Shown here in pieces: positions 26,988-41,200 of a DNA stretch of 64,000 bases. The stretch covers positions 2,728,001 to 2,792,000 of the forward strand of contig NC_134031.1 in NCBI RefSeq assembly GCF_964204645.1. Direction: 5' to 3'. Below the pieces are notes generated by a model. It worked only from the letters and a program-made list of their open reading frames with translations, did not search any database and had not been told where the DNA came from. Both the position numbers and the translations under genes were made by a program. The stretch is from Tubulanus polymorphus (lineage: Eukaryota > Animalia > Nemertea). The stretch's first letter is position 1, and each line of letters begins with the position of its first letter.

Positions 26988-29900
26988 CAGGGTTTTTATG
27001 TACTATGACGCGAACGCGGTCGAATACAGTTCGTACTCGGTGCGCAAGAAACTTGTCATAATCGACGCGCACAATTTGCGCCGGGAACGCACGCCGCCGT
27101 CGGTGCATCGAACATTCTACATCCGTCAGAAATCAGATTTTCTGACTCGATTACGAAAGCCACGAGAAGATGGACGTTTATGATATTATCCAATCTTGTC
27201 GTAGAAAGATGCGTCGTTCCCGACAGCAGCTGCGGGAGAGTATACGCCACGGCGTTGTATTTGACAAATGACAATCACTCGCGTGTCGCGTTCCTTTGAT
27301 GATTTTCCTCGAATATTCAGCAATAACCTGCGCATCATATATTCGAATAAAAGGATGTGTCGTCACGTCGTTAAGGCCACGACAATTTACGATTTCGTGC
27401 CCCCATTTATATCCAACTAGCATCGCATAGCAAATCATTCCTAATAAGTGATCGCCTCTCGAGATTGCCTGTAGCCATGTGAGGTCAGACCAGAATACAA
27501 AAATCCTTTATCTTATAGAAGGAATAAAAAGATTGAGAGTCAAATCCATATACAGTCGCGTTTTTCCGGAGATCCTGCTTTTGGCTGTAAGGCCAACATC
27601 TTCCCTGTAATACAGTGGTTATCGCCCCACTATCCGATAAACCTGTTGAAATTACCAAACCTTTAGAAGGAGGGTTACCCCCAGTACAGGCATATACCAA
27701 TACTGCAGGGGATCCCCACCATGTTTGGTGCTCAACTCCAGGAAAAAGTGTTTAGTTCGAGTGTATTCTCTATTTCATTATCGATTTGATATGGCGACTC
27801 ATTTGGGGGCCCTCTTTTTCACTAAGTATTATTTCATTATAAGTATTGTTATGATAAGTTTGTAGCCCTGTCCTTCGCATTTTGAGGCCTACTCGTCTAA
27901 TTGTGGCCTCGTGCTATAACTTTGTTACTGCGATGATATTTTGCTTACATGAGGACGCCGAAGATGGACGTCGGGCACTCAATCAATGATTTGCATGGTA
28001 GTTCCCAGCAGTTTCTACATCCCCATTCCGGGTGTTCACATCTATCGCATCCAACATGTTCTAACTGCATTCGGATACGAGCTTCGAAATCTGATAAAAT
28101 CCAAAAAAGCTTCGGTCGTGTTTATGTAGGGATTTTCATTAGCACGAATGATGAATTACGTCACTTGCGAGAGTTTTTCGTCGCAGCGTGCAAACAGCTG
28201 AAATACATCGGTGAAGTTCAGTAGCTCGCTGACGCAAGATTATAGGCGCAGATTTAAAATGATTGTATTTTCTCTTTGCGCAGAAAGTTTGCTGATGAGT
28301 TTAGCGAAAGCCGATAAAAGCAAAAAGGGGGAAGGAGACGGAGAGACAGATTCCGAGAACCCAGTTATTCGCCACGGTTCACACCCTAATTAAGCAATTT
28401 CCAGGGCATTACGAAATGAAAGGGATTTATCTTTTATACAATTGGCTGCGATGAAGATGTAAACCAAGTAATCTTTTCTATCATCAGAGCAAGTAGTCTG
28501 TCTACACGACATCAAAGCGTAATACGAGTGTAGCCAGATTTGACTTCAAACGCTGCTGGGTTGAGCCGTTTGACTCGACGTGGATTACACGAATTGTAGA
28601 AATAAACCTCGTTTTATTCGAACTAGAGCCGTTTGTAGCGAATACTTCTGTTTCGTTTATTTGACGCCGATTGAAAATTGATCGTATTAATCTATTTTTC
28701 CTACGGTTAATTTCACTTGATTCTGACTTCAATTTCTGAATAGAAACCCATTTCAATTTGAAATCATATCGAACACAATTATTAGGATCATTGTGTTGAA
28801 GGATATGAACCCTGAAAAAATAAGTTATAAGTTTTGATTATTAACGAATTTAGGCCTTTGTCGATCAACGATTTTAAGGGAACCATCCTTTATACCGTGT
28901 TATTCTGGCTATAATATCAGCAATAAACGCAGGAAACCTTTTTTTGACGGGAATATTTCATTTACTTGACTATTGAAGAATTGCATTCCCTAGAAATATT
29001 CAACCTGTACCTGACAAACCGAACGTACCCTCCCAACCATCCCCGCAATATCTACTTCAAAACTAAGATGGTCGATTTGATGTAAGTTCAAGTGTAGAAT
29101 TTACGCTACATATCGAAAATTTCATGTCCATATATAGAGAATCTCACACTGATAAAAACGAAAGATGAAGTTCGTAAAGTTTCCTTTAATAACTGATAAT
29201 TTAACAACACTAAATATCACTGATAATTGTTATACATATTTCATCTATATTTCGTATTTCTTTAATTGTTTTATGTCTCCATCTTATTACTCATTGTCCT
29301 CTGAGACTGTTTGTCTGTGTCAGAATGTGTTAATTGTTGTTTGTCTCACTGTCATGTCACTACTTGTCACCTTTGTTTTTGTATCATTTTCCATGTCTCA
29401 ACCTGTCTGAATCTGTGTTATAAAAATAACTATGTGTAAAAATAAAGTAAGTCCAGTTTTCGTATTCCAAGCTGATAGTTCGCTCGTTACTCTTTCGCTC
29501 TGTTCCGGATTTCCGACGTCGACCATTCTTCGAGAATAGGACACAGAATAGCTTTGCTAAAATAATTCATTGATTCGACCCTTTCGACTGTAATAGTCAG
29601 CTTCAGCAATACTGAGTTGATAACAATATAAAGGTGACTATAAGGTTCTAGTTGAAAGTTTTCGGACTTCATCTGTCTCATTATATCAGTGTGGCATCTG
29701 CCACGACACGGACATGGTGTTTTGCCAATAATAATCCCAAGTTCATATTGAAAACATGGAAAAAATCCAGTCTCAAATTATACGACTTCGCGGTCAACAT
29801 GCTTATCGGTAATGACCTTGACATTTCTAAATCTAATTCACAGGATGTATTTTTTTCATATTTTTCTCGATGAAAACCTAATCAACTCGAGATAGTGACA

Positions 29901-31749
29901 GTCGAAGTGAAACTGACTGGTTCTGTCGGTGTTTGTTGTGCTGTTATCTTTCTCTTCTCTTCACGATTAATTGGAAAACGCTGTTGATTCCGCGACTAAT
30001 GCGTAATAGGTTTAAATTTCGTTCCCGTCGAGACTTCTCGCAACTCAAACCGGGATGGCGGATCAAAATATATGCGATTTAACACACAAGAAAGGATCGA
30101 CGACGACAGAAACTTAATGTTGATTTCACTTCCCCCCGGCCTGTATTAATCAAACGCGCCATGATCCAGTTTAAAAAGTTGTCAGTTTATTTTTACTTTT
30201 ATAACATGCTTTACTGAACAATAGTCCAATGCATTCCCTAAAAATATTCAACCTTCTGGCCTATCAATGGTTGACAGACAGCAGCAAGAAAGATAAACAC
30301 TAGAATATAAGCGCTGAGCTAAAAATTTGATTGTTTCAGACATTTAAAAAATGTCGATAGTCCAAGGTACAAATCAGAATCTATAAATCTAGATATTTAA
30401 AACTGAACACGATCATATCTCTTAACTATGAAACAGTGAGCAGAATAGAACTATTCATTGATAGATCGTGTTTTCTGCATTGATTGTTTTGCAGATGCGT
30501 GAAATGGCTAATGGTTTCGGATCTCAAAATCGTTTACCATTATGAGCAGTTTTGGAGGCCACTGCGACTCTTGTCGACGGTAACATAATCGAAATCCGAA
30601 ACACTGCGAATAAGATACTTATGAAGCATTTGGATGACCTTGTACTGAGTTTCCAGCATTTGAACGAAGATGATTCGTTCCCGAGACGTCTGGAAGATTG
30701 CGAGCGTGTGCCGATTTAAAGGAGATGAATGAAGTTTAATCTGCTTTTAGGTTTTTAACCGGCAGCCGATGGCGAGTTGTTCAATGAATCTTAATTAATC
30801 AAACGAATCTTACATTAAACTCTCAATCATTAATCGGGTTGAACACTATCGATTAGTGACTGACTATACGCGAGACATATAATGTGTTATCACCTACTTA
30901 TCTCAAAACTGAAAACCAAAATTGCTAGATTTCAAATAAGATGTATATCTAGATTTTTATTTCGCAATCGAACTACATTTTCAAGAACAAAGGATTCTGC
31001 CGGAGTTCTTAAGACAACCACGGGGTTCTTTATGAAATTTTAAGGTTTCTCGGCAATATGGAATGTAGATTGGGATTCTTCAAACTTTTGAGGATTCATT
31101 ACATAGAACCATAAACTATTACGATTGCCAAGTTATGAATCTGGTCGGTGTGGATTTGACGTTACTATACGGCACATAAAAATGTTATCGAAAATCTGAA
31201 CTTGTCGAATAGGACTCGATTTGAGCTTAAATTGAATTAAAGATTCGATCAACTTAATTGATAATGTCTTGAAAGATGATATTGACGAAGATTTAAAGAT
31301 TTTAGGGACGTTATTTCAGAGCCCGGAGAAAATCTGCTGGTTTCTAAATCGATGTAGATACGGCAACAAAAATATAGACATGACGCTTGTTGCAAGGTTT
31401 CATTTTTCGAGCAATTCGATGAAGATTTTCTATCCGGAATTGGGTGCAGCAAATGACTGAAAGTGTGTAGAGTTATAGTGTTCAAATAATCTCTGTAGCG
31501 CATATAGCCCTTGACGACAGAACAAAATAGATCTCGATAGTGGAATGTTTGCATCGCAGATGACTAGATTCACACACTGATCACGTTGTTATTTTCCAGC
31601 AGAGAATAACTCGTATAATTACAGAGATAATAGCGGAAAAAGATATCATCATGGGTTACGACGAAAAATGTCCTTCACCTTCTATAGCTGAGGATAGTTG
31701 AGGAGGAGCCGTGTTAACTGGGTGTCGAATCAGTAAACGATCACCAAAA

Positions 31750-31891
31750 CTTGTAGTATCATCAAAAGACAAATAGTTCTTTTAGGTTAACTGATCTTAT
31801 TAGAAATTACAAGCTTTTGCTCATAGTAGCTTCATCTAGTAAAAAAAAATAACAGTCAGAAATAAGCACTATTTGTCTTAAAGTTTACAAG
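31750..31891 (-). mobile_element. Fold-back element with degenerate hammerhead-like core
   Basis: Arms AAGACAAATAGTTCTT (31766-31781) and AAGCACTATTTGTCTT (31864-31879). The minus strand of 31811-31839 reads CUAGAUGA-A-GCU-acuaug-AGC-AAAA-GCUU. Confidence 0.45.
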
Positions 31892-32119
31892 CTAAGAAAT
31901 GCTATATTTCATTTGACGCCTAAGAAAAACGTTGTAGACGATCGAAACAGTAAAAATAATGAAACTATCCCGCAAAGTATGATCTTCAAAGTCTACCGTT
32001 TGTTGCAGACATGAAATACGATGTTCGCTTTTCAGTTAGTGTTCGAGGTATTTTGCCGAGAACACAACGCTTCAGACAAGACATCAACTTCATCTCTGTT
32101 TTTCCGTCATATTTTTCAG

Positions 32120-32262
32120 GATCAATATCAAATATCGGAGGACAAGCGGATTGTAGCGACGCCGCGCAGGTTTATAAAAACATCGTAGGAGTCGTGGCTG
32201 CTGCTTCCAGCGTGACGTCAATACAAGTAGCTAATTTACTCAAATTATTCCACATACCTCAG
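32120..32262 (+). CDS. mGluR/mXR-like exon (VFT: GSISNI...LFHIPQ)
   Basis: Acceptor tttttcag, donor gtaaat; starts in phase 1, ends in phase 0. Confidence 0.9.
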
Positions 32263-35200
32263 GTAAATAATCGTTGACGTTATTTGTTTCAGCTCTAATC
32301 AAATCAAATCGAATAGAATTTGAATGAATTAAATCGACTTCAAATGAATTGATTCAGATTGAATCAAATTTTAGATAAAACTTAATTATTCTTAAAAATA
32401 GAAAATGTCTTGTGGAATGAATAGCCTATTGCGTGTTATTTGGTATGATTTAGTCATTACGATCTAACTAATCTAATTCAAGCTACAAGAACTACATATA
32501 GTAATGTAGTGTCTAGCAAAGATGTCCCATCAGCGCCTGATCTAGGGAAATTGGAAGGCGGGGTCTAAACGAAAAGAAAGGACATTCCTCGGGTAAAGCA
32601 GCCACGCCTAAGGCCACAAGCGGAGTTTTATCATCGGGGTTTGATATCGTTGACGCATTTCACCGGAAAGAATACAATTTCTAAGGGTTTGAGTGTCGGG
32701 TTTAACAATCTAGGGCAAACTCGGTGTTTGAAATTGGATGTTATATCAAAATGCTTATCGAATAAGTTATATTATAAGCTGACTGCTATAATATGAAGAG
32801 AATCCCTAACGAAAAACAAAGCCAGAAATGTTTTCCTGAGTGAAGATGGCTATTTAAATATAGTCGAAACGTCGAATTAACTATACAAGCTCTGGAAAAC
32901 ATTTTGGAAATTCTTTTTTCTCGTTATTATTGTGGGATTCCTTTACATTATCGTCACAACACGGATACAGTGTGGTGATACGATTTATCATTACAGCTTC
33001 ATTCATTTTTCGATTCGATTTTTCTCTCCGACAATTGCGATCAACTCACAATCTCTGAGAGGAGTGTTACATTGTACAAACACTGAGACGTATATCATCT
33101 GGAGTAACACACACGCTGTGCGATAATTACTATCGTCACTATTGCATCATTTTTCGTTGTCAGTAAGTGACGCTAACTCGAAAATCGAATTTCGCTATCT
33201 CTTCTCGCTAATGGTATTTCAATGTCGACTTATAGATAGGAAAAAGTATATTACGCATTGCTCTGTCGAAATAACGACGGACAGGGAACGGTCTAATCGG
33301 CTTCTCTCCACCACCAGCGAGCGAGACATTCGTCGATAAAATAGCAGGTTAACGAGTATATAATGGCTGAATTTTTTGTCCAGTGACTCCGACGCCAGGA
33401 ATGAGCAATCCAACTAACGGTTGTCATGATGGCTAAGCTAAAGCTCGCCTGCAAAATCTAACTGATTCATTGATCCAAAATTGTCTCTGATATCCGATTC
33501 TTTCTCGGACTATACGGGGTCACGGGGTCATTTGCACAGTGGCGTATGTCCAGAAGTGGTCTTAAATCTTAAGACTGGTCTTTTTGGCCATCATCTAGGC
33601 CTACAAAACAACTTAACGATAATCATGTAGAGAGCCTACGAAATATCATATTACAATCTACATTCGGAATCAACAATTTGGTGCGAACGTCTGAAAATGG
33701 CCATTTCGGACAGGAAATTACAGAAGTGTTTCGTGCCGGAGAAATACCGACAGAACAAGTAAGAACGCTTAATGTCCCCGAGATCCTGCAGCTAAATTAC
33801 TGACCAGAAAACTGTTAAGGAACGATCTAACATTTTGCCGCGGGATACATTTTATATCAAGCCATGTGTAAACGGGGTATCACGTTTGTCTTGGCGCACT
33901 ACTTTAGTCTTCCTTCCGGCGACCCGAGGCTGTTTCCACGTGACCCGAGAGGATGTTTGCCCTCTGTGTCATCGAGCGCGCAGATATTAAGTCGCTTGTT
34001 CCCCCCGTAATTGTTTGCTCACGAAATGGAGAAACTATTGACACGAATACCGACTACTAATCGACCATAATATCATCCGCTCCACCCGAAATAATAAAAA
34101 GAAAATCGCTGAGCGTGCTCGGCCTTGAACCGGACAAGTATCCTCGTCACCGAAAACGGGATTCAGTCCAACAGTTTATCAGTGTGAAAATGTGGCTTTT
34201 GCTTAATAATCGTTGAATGAACCAACGTGCAACATTGGACAGAGAACCAGATAGAACCCTTATTCACTAAATCCCGAAACGCAATTTCGAAATATGTATA
34301 AATCTCCTCATTACTAATCCCTCAAATCCTTTGGAAATACTGCAAAAAAAAATATTTCATGTCTCAATGTTTCTAGATTAAGTTATGTATTCCTGATTGA
34401 CTCAATGTAATGTACCAAATGTCATGGAACTATTATACTTTCAATTTTAAATGTTTTGTCATGTAACTTGTCGGTATGAATGGCGTATGAATGTGAGTGA
34501 ATGTGAGAGTGTGGGCGACTGGGCCCTTCAGGTGATAAGTTTATCTTAACTTCACCAGTCGTCCAGCGTCTTAAGTTATTATTATTTTGTATCTATTCCT
34601 GCTACTTCATATTGTAATTTAAATCGCGAATAAAACATACATACATACTAAAATCCTCGCAAAGATTTTTCCGACAAACTCGCCAAAATTTACACGCAAT
34701 ATCCGCGTGAGCTAAAGGGCACCTTCAAACTCGCATTTTCAAGCAAATCACATCAAATTTCATAATTAGGGTTTTCTGACTTTCGTCGAAAACCCTCTTG
34801 AAATTCTGTTGATTATTATTATTATATATTTTCCGCCGATTTCGTCAAATAAAATTCATCTTCATTCAGATTCGGCAACTGACAGCTTCGAAACGAAATG
34901 TATAAATTGATACTGTAATAACGGTCTCTCTGAACCAACAGATTGTCTGAATGTACTTTCCATCCTATTTGAAACTTAAAATTACTTATTAGGTTACTGT
35001 AAATAAAGAATTGAATTGAATTGTTAGACAACAAGCACCGGCGAAATAACAGTTTGTGACGTCATTTAGTAAGTAAATAAAGGAGGGCTCCGAGAATTTC
35101 CAAATCACGGGGACTTTACTGGGGTTAGACTATTCAACCAAAAAGAGGATTGCTCCGATAATATCCAAATCATCTTATTATATTTTTTCCATCGAATACC

Positions 35201-38200
35201 CGGTAATTAATTTTTCCTTTCGATCACATGCATCCAGAAAACCCGTTATCGCTGCTTTGCTATATTTAGATTTATTGATTAATATTTATCAAGGCGTCGA
35301 ATTATTATTTGAAGAATGGTACCGTACAAACCTTTACTGGGGGCTAACTTGGATTCATTATTAGTGAATGCCGATTTAGTCGCGTACGTTCAATGGACTG
35401 AATTTAGAAGTGAAATAGGGTTACACCTAGGCCAACTCCTAAAATCAACCGAGCCACGTTCACAAACCCCCAACAGGCCGAATTCATAGTGACTGATGCC
35501 TGAACTGTATCCAAGTTGCACAAGTGTTAGCGAATCAGAATCACCCAAAATCAATGTTATAGTTTATTGCTTTGTTTGCGAGATGCTCATCCGTGTTGTT
35601 TCGAAATTCGGCTAAACGATCATAAATCAAAGCCACGCTACAACGGAGACGCTTAATACCACTATTCACTTCACAGTCTGCACTGTATATATAGCGGTAG
35701 ATCCTGGGATTCGACGGTTGGTGATACACGGGGGCGTCGGCTGAAACCCGCGGGTAATCTACAGCGAGCACTCTAACCGACCAAATAGACATCATTCCGA
35801 CTGCATGAAATCGTCTGACGGCGGCGCGTGTCTCATCCCGAAAAATGATTGATGGCGAATCAAGATTACTGTAATCACCGATTTGTTACTTTCGACTCGC
35901 CGTCCACACGTTCCTTATTCGGTTAAACTTTAAAGAATGAATTCGATCGAAAAATCCGGCACAATCAGCAAAGCTCCCAGGGTCAATCGAGTTCTTAAAT
36001 GTTTTTCGGTGTCTAGGGTTTAGGTCTAGACACACGAAGAAAACGATATGTCGTCTTGCAGCGCAGCCTTGGATTCATAGATTTAGTAAAACAGATACAT
36101 CATTTCACTTAAGGAAAGTTCAGATTGCACCAGATAGCGTGACGAGCACTCAGCCATGCGTTGTGAATATTCTTTCATTTTCAATGAACTTTGAACTGAA
36201 GTTTTAGGCTCTCGAATCACAGGACACACCAGATATTCAATGAATTAATCTTCCTCTCAGATGTCGGTATAGTTTTCATGATTAATTAATCAATTTAAGA
36301 GAGGTTCATTCGGTTTTAATCGAAATGTTGAAGAAATCGAACGCGGAAGACCGAATAACTACTAGCGACCCTGGTGGATCCTCACCTGTCATAAGTGAAT
36401 TCCTCGATTGCCACAGAAGGTCGTAGGTTCCCCATCGTTGAAGATGATTATGACTTTGTTTTTGTCGATGGTTAATGAATTTTTTCATCAGCTTTGTGCC
36501 GCTAAACTTCAGATTAACTGTCTGTATTCGTCCATGTCGAGCTTAGCTAATAAAAGCAACAGTCGTTCGTTTGTTCAAGTTCTTTTAATACCTGCCTAGA
36601 CAGATTGTTTCGAAAATTAAAGCTGCTTGATCAAGTCTTTATAATTTCAGTATTAATCGTTGTCTGGGGATTCATAAGCCGGAGCTAAAAACACGGCGCG
36701 AAGCATCCTGATTATCCGTTTTCAGTTCAAGCATTTCGGCGATCTAAAAGCCCGCCGTGAATAAACGAAACGAATGTAGTAGTTAAACAGTCTTTGAATA
36801 TACGTTCCAGCAACTGTAAAATGCTTTATTCATAATCATATACAATTAACTAAATATAACACAATATTGATATCGTTATCATAACTGATTATCAATTATG
36901 ATTATCTTGATAATTATTATTATCTTCATCATTCTCATTTCTTTATTGTTAATATCATCACTGTCATCATCATTTTTGTTAATAACGTTTCTAAGGGCAA
37001 TAGACCTCCACCTAGACCTTCTAGAAAAGGAGCTGCATTAAGAAATATGATCAGTGGTTAGTGAAGCCGAGGAGGTGCGAGTGAAGTGAATCCCTGATGA
37101 AGTCAATGACGAAGCCCATGGATTTATATCATAGCTCGTCATTCCTAACATCGTCGATCTGACGCAGTTTATGAAAGCCAATAAAAATTACGGCTATCAT
37201 TAATCAACGCACATCAAGTGTTTGATTGTGTTTGCTCAATGATTTGTAACATTTTCTGTCTAATCGTCCGGCTTGCTCGATAGTGCAGGGCGCCTGGGAG
37301 TAAGTGCATCGTGGATATAGCTATATCGAACGATGGTTCGAAAAAGTGTATACGGGACCAAGCTCATCCGCTATCGAGGCAGGGATTCGAACCTGATGAT
37401 ATCGCAGACTGCCACGGCTGAATCTAGCGATGCCATCGGGTTCGATTCAAATTCGTGCCGAGAGAGAGGATGGACCAATTTGGATGCGTAAGTTATAAAC
37501 TAGAGCTTGCAAAAATCATCACATCACGTGAACGTGAAAAGCTGCAAAAATAGTCGTAAAAACCGTCTGCATTAATGAGCCGAGATGAAACGATCTCATG
37601 AAAAACGATGATTTTCTGAGCGTTACATGAGAGAGGGTCCAAAGGGTTAGAATTTATCGGCAATATATCCCACTCAAAGCAATTACAAGGTATCGCCTGC
37701 GATAGTAATTTTTGAAAAGCAGAAAGTGAAGGCAGTCGTTTGGAAAATGCGAAGAAAGTTTTGGAAACTTGGGAAAAAAATCTAGAAACTGACGTTTTTG
37801 GATGACGGCTTCTACTCATCTTCGAAGATTTATTCGAAATGAATGATAACTCACCGATATCATTGACTATCGTGCAGACAATTCATCGAAATTTCAGTAG
37901 CGCCGGAATTAAGTTAATCGTGAGATTGCGATGATCTCTGCGTTAATAGATTCGCGGAAATTGATAGCTGCCAATTTTGATCGCAATATCAATATCGAAA
38001 TGACTTCTCCGGGAGCAGGTCGTGTGTGGGATGGAACGGTTTATACGAAACGTCGAAATGAAAGACAAAGAACGCAATAAGATGACATAGATAACATATA
38101 CCATGTAAGCTTACACGAAAATTCAAAACCCACAATATTGATGAAATTATGACTATAAATAATTATTGTGTTGTTTTTTTTTCATAAACGTAAAGGACTT

Positions 38201-41200
38201 TTAGTCTATAGTCTACAGGTCACACGGATAGATTCTGGGTCAAATTGGCCAACACAAAAACCCGATTCAAATGTGGCGCGTGCTTAACTAGAGAGCGTGG
38301 CACCCTAGCACACCTCGATTGCCGCGGTACCGTCGTGTCGGGTGTCCACAGGAATCTTACCCTACGATCGAGTCATCAAAACTGTCTTCAGACTGAAGGG
38401 AAATAACTCTCCTTCATATCATCAACAACCCCTACTGTTAGATTGCTTGTTTAATTTTGTAAGAATGTAATCAGTTGGGTAGATTGAATACCTAGCGCGA
38501 GCACCTGCCCGTTTATTAGTCGCCGGAATACCACAGAGCGTAACGCGGCGTCTAAATCCAATGACGAACGTTCCTTTGTAGCGGGGAAATCACTAATACG
38601 TTTCCATTCGACGACAATTGCTTACGAAAAGTCACGTTTCCTGGTCGGCAACTCTTTATCGGTCGCGCGGGTCCCTTAACAAATCAAACCCGCGGAGAAT
38701 CGATTGATAAGCAATAAAGTTTGTCGACGGTTTGGTAATCGTGGAAATGAGCTCGCAGCGGGGTTCATTCGACGGTGCATCTTTCCTGTCAGTGGCGCGC
38801 GCGGCGCTTATCGACTCAACCCACGGCTCTTTAATGGGCTTGTTATTTGTTATAATACTCAACATTCGGTGGTTTATCGCACGGAATAATTTGATATTAA
38901 TGGCAATTTTCAGCAGAACGCGCGTTCTCGTGTCGAGAATAACTTCTGCTTGACTTTCACCGCCCGTACATCGTTTTATTTTTCTTCCATTATCGCTCGT
39001 TTATATTTCTTCAACGAAACTGAAATCCACATCATTGTGGCAGTCGTCTCCTTCCCATCGATTTGGCCATCGATTTTATCAAAGTTTTCATTTCGTTCGA
39101 TCGTTTCAGGTTAGTTTTTTCTCGACGAGTGCAGAGTTGAGCAGTATCGAGAGGTATCCGTACTTTATGAGAACAATTCCGTCCGATGATTCGCAGGCTC
39201 GAGCGATGGTGAAATTGGTGAAACTATTCGGCTGGACGTACGTGTCGTTACTGTACGAGGAATCCAGCTACGGCGTCAAGGTACGTGGTCACACATTTTA
39301 GGCCCGATCGATAAACACGATAAAAATGATTGTCACAGGTACCCCGAACAGATACGACTTCTCTAACGCAGTTGTACAGTCAAGACTAAGATAAAATACC
39401 ATCTTAGATCTATAGCCAATCTAACGGCGTAAAAGCTGTCTTAAAATTTGAGATCACTATTGGACTCAAGTCGCGACTGTGGAACTGAGTCCAGAGATGT
39501 ATGATTGACAGATACTGTGCTAAAATACTCCTAAGAAGAAAGGCAAGTCGAGGATTTTTACAAATAATGTAGAAAACCCGCTCCCAAGCCGTTCCATCAG
39601 ACTTGGGGTAATAAGACATAATTACTCAGATATGGCGTAGGTTCGTGGCTTGTTTGATCGGACTCTGAACCTCCACGTATAAACGCGGTAATTTCATAAG
39701 AGACGGTTTTTGTGGACGGCATCGCTAAACCCACCCTCCCCGGCAGGGATTCGAACCTGATGGCATCGAGATTGCCACGGCACGAAACCCTGCCATAATC
39801 GACCGTGTGCGCAGATACATGCGCAGTTCAGATGATGTGATTTTTAGCCAATCAGAAATCCCGTTTTATTTTAGCCCGGGTTTTCCCATTTATAGTTCTT
39901 CCTTGAAATTTGCCTCAACGATTATACAACGAGCAATCTGATTGGTGCCGCAAGTTTCGTTCGGAAAGCTGCGCATGTACCTGCGCACCCGGTCTACTGA
40001 TGCAGGGGTTCGTGCCGTGGCTGAGTGTAGCGATGCCATCAGGTTCGAGTCCCTGCAGAGGGAGGATGCGCTAAACCGAGTGCATTGTGACTATTTTTCC
40101 TGATCAACAGGCTATAACGCAATAACTATACGTATAAGAATAATTGCAGGGGATACAAACGGTGGAAGAACATCTGAAGAGTAACGGTGTATGCGTAGCG
40201 GTCAGAGATGTATTGATTAAAGACTCAGGTGTGGCCGGGAAAGGAAGATACGATAAAACAGTAAAAAGTCTCCTAGAAAAACGTGCTAGAGGTAATGTAT
40301 GCGTCAATACCCACTCATTCGCGGTCACTGATGATTGGTCTTTGAAGAACCCTCAAAGAACCATTTTGTTCTAAGAGTGTATAACTGGTAACGTCTATTA
40401 ATTCCATAAGCTTGGAATCCTTGTGTGATGGTCGACCAGGGTAGGGTTTTGTATCGTGATAGAATCTCATGATGCCATTAGATTCAAATCCCGCATGCTG
40501 GGGAAGGCTTCATTGAGGCCGCAGTTTTGACGGATCGACGGCAGCTGCGGATGCCACTTCCCTACTTGAAAAGCGTTCGGTAAATTACACTTTGATCACG
40601 CGTTTGATATTCACTTCGACATCAAACGCGCAAAAAAATACATCCGTCGTGCCACACCGTGTCATAACGACAGCAGAAAAAAAAATTGTCGAGCCGATCG
40701 CGTTCTGATGATAACTTCACTGCAACTGGTAAAAAACTGTCAAGCATTTCGACTTTCGTTTTATCTTTCGGCATCGATTAAAAGCTTTGCATTCACTATG
40801 AACGTGAACAATTACAATGAAAAAAGCCGCTAATGGGTTTTCGTCTGCCCGTCTGCGTAATTTTGTCACAAATGCTGTAATCCGTATCCTGTATTGGAAG
40901 GTAAATCACATTATGATATCAATAGGGAACCGTAACATCAGCTATCCCGCGAGATGGCGTGACGAGCATTCAGTCTTGGAAACACTTTTTGGCAGAACGC
41001 GTAAAAATTTAGGCTGCTCCAATTTGAAGTTCGTTATTTTCAAAATAGATTTTAAATCCATCGCGATTATTAGCACTGATTCCTCGTGGAATTGAAAATG
41101 TTTCCTGCCCAGTATAAACCGTAGTTTCACGGTGTTTTCCCTCGTGAGAAGAACATTTTCATATCGAATGACATCAGAATCTAAAAACAAGAAAAAACAT

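Noticed and set aside
28292-28312. CTGATGAG-TTTAG-CGAAAGC hammerhead-like core
   Set aside because: No stem I or III partner or UH cleavage site could be paired, and there is no flanking inverted repeat.
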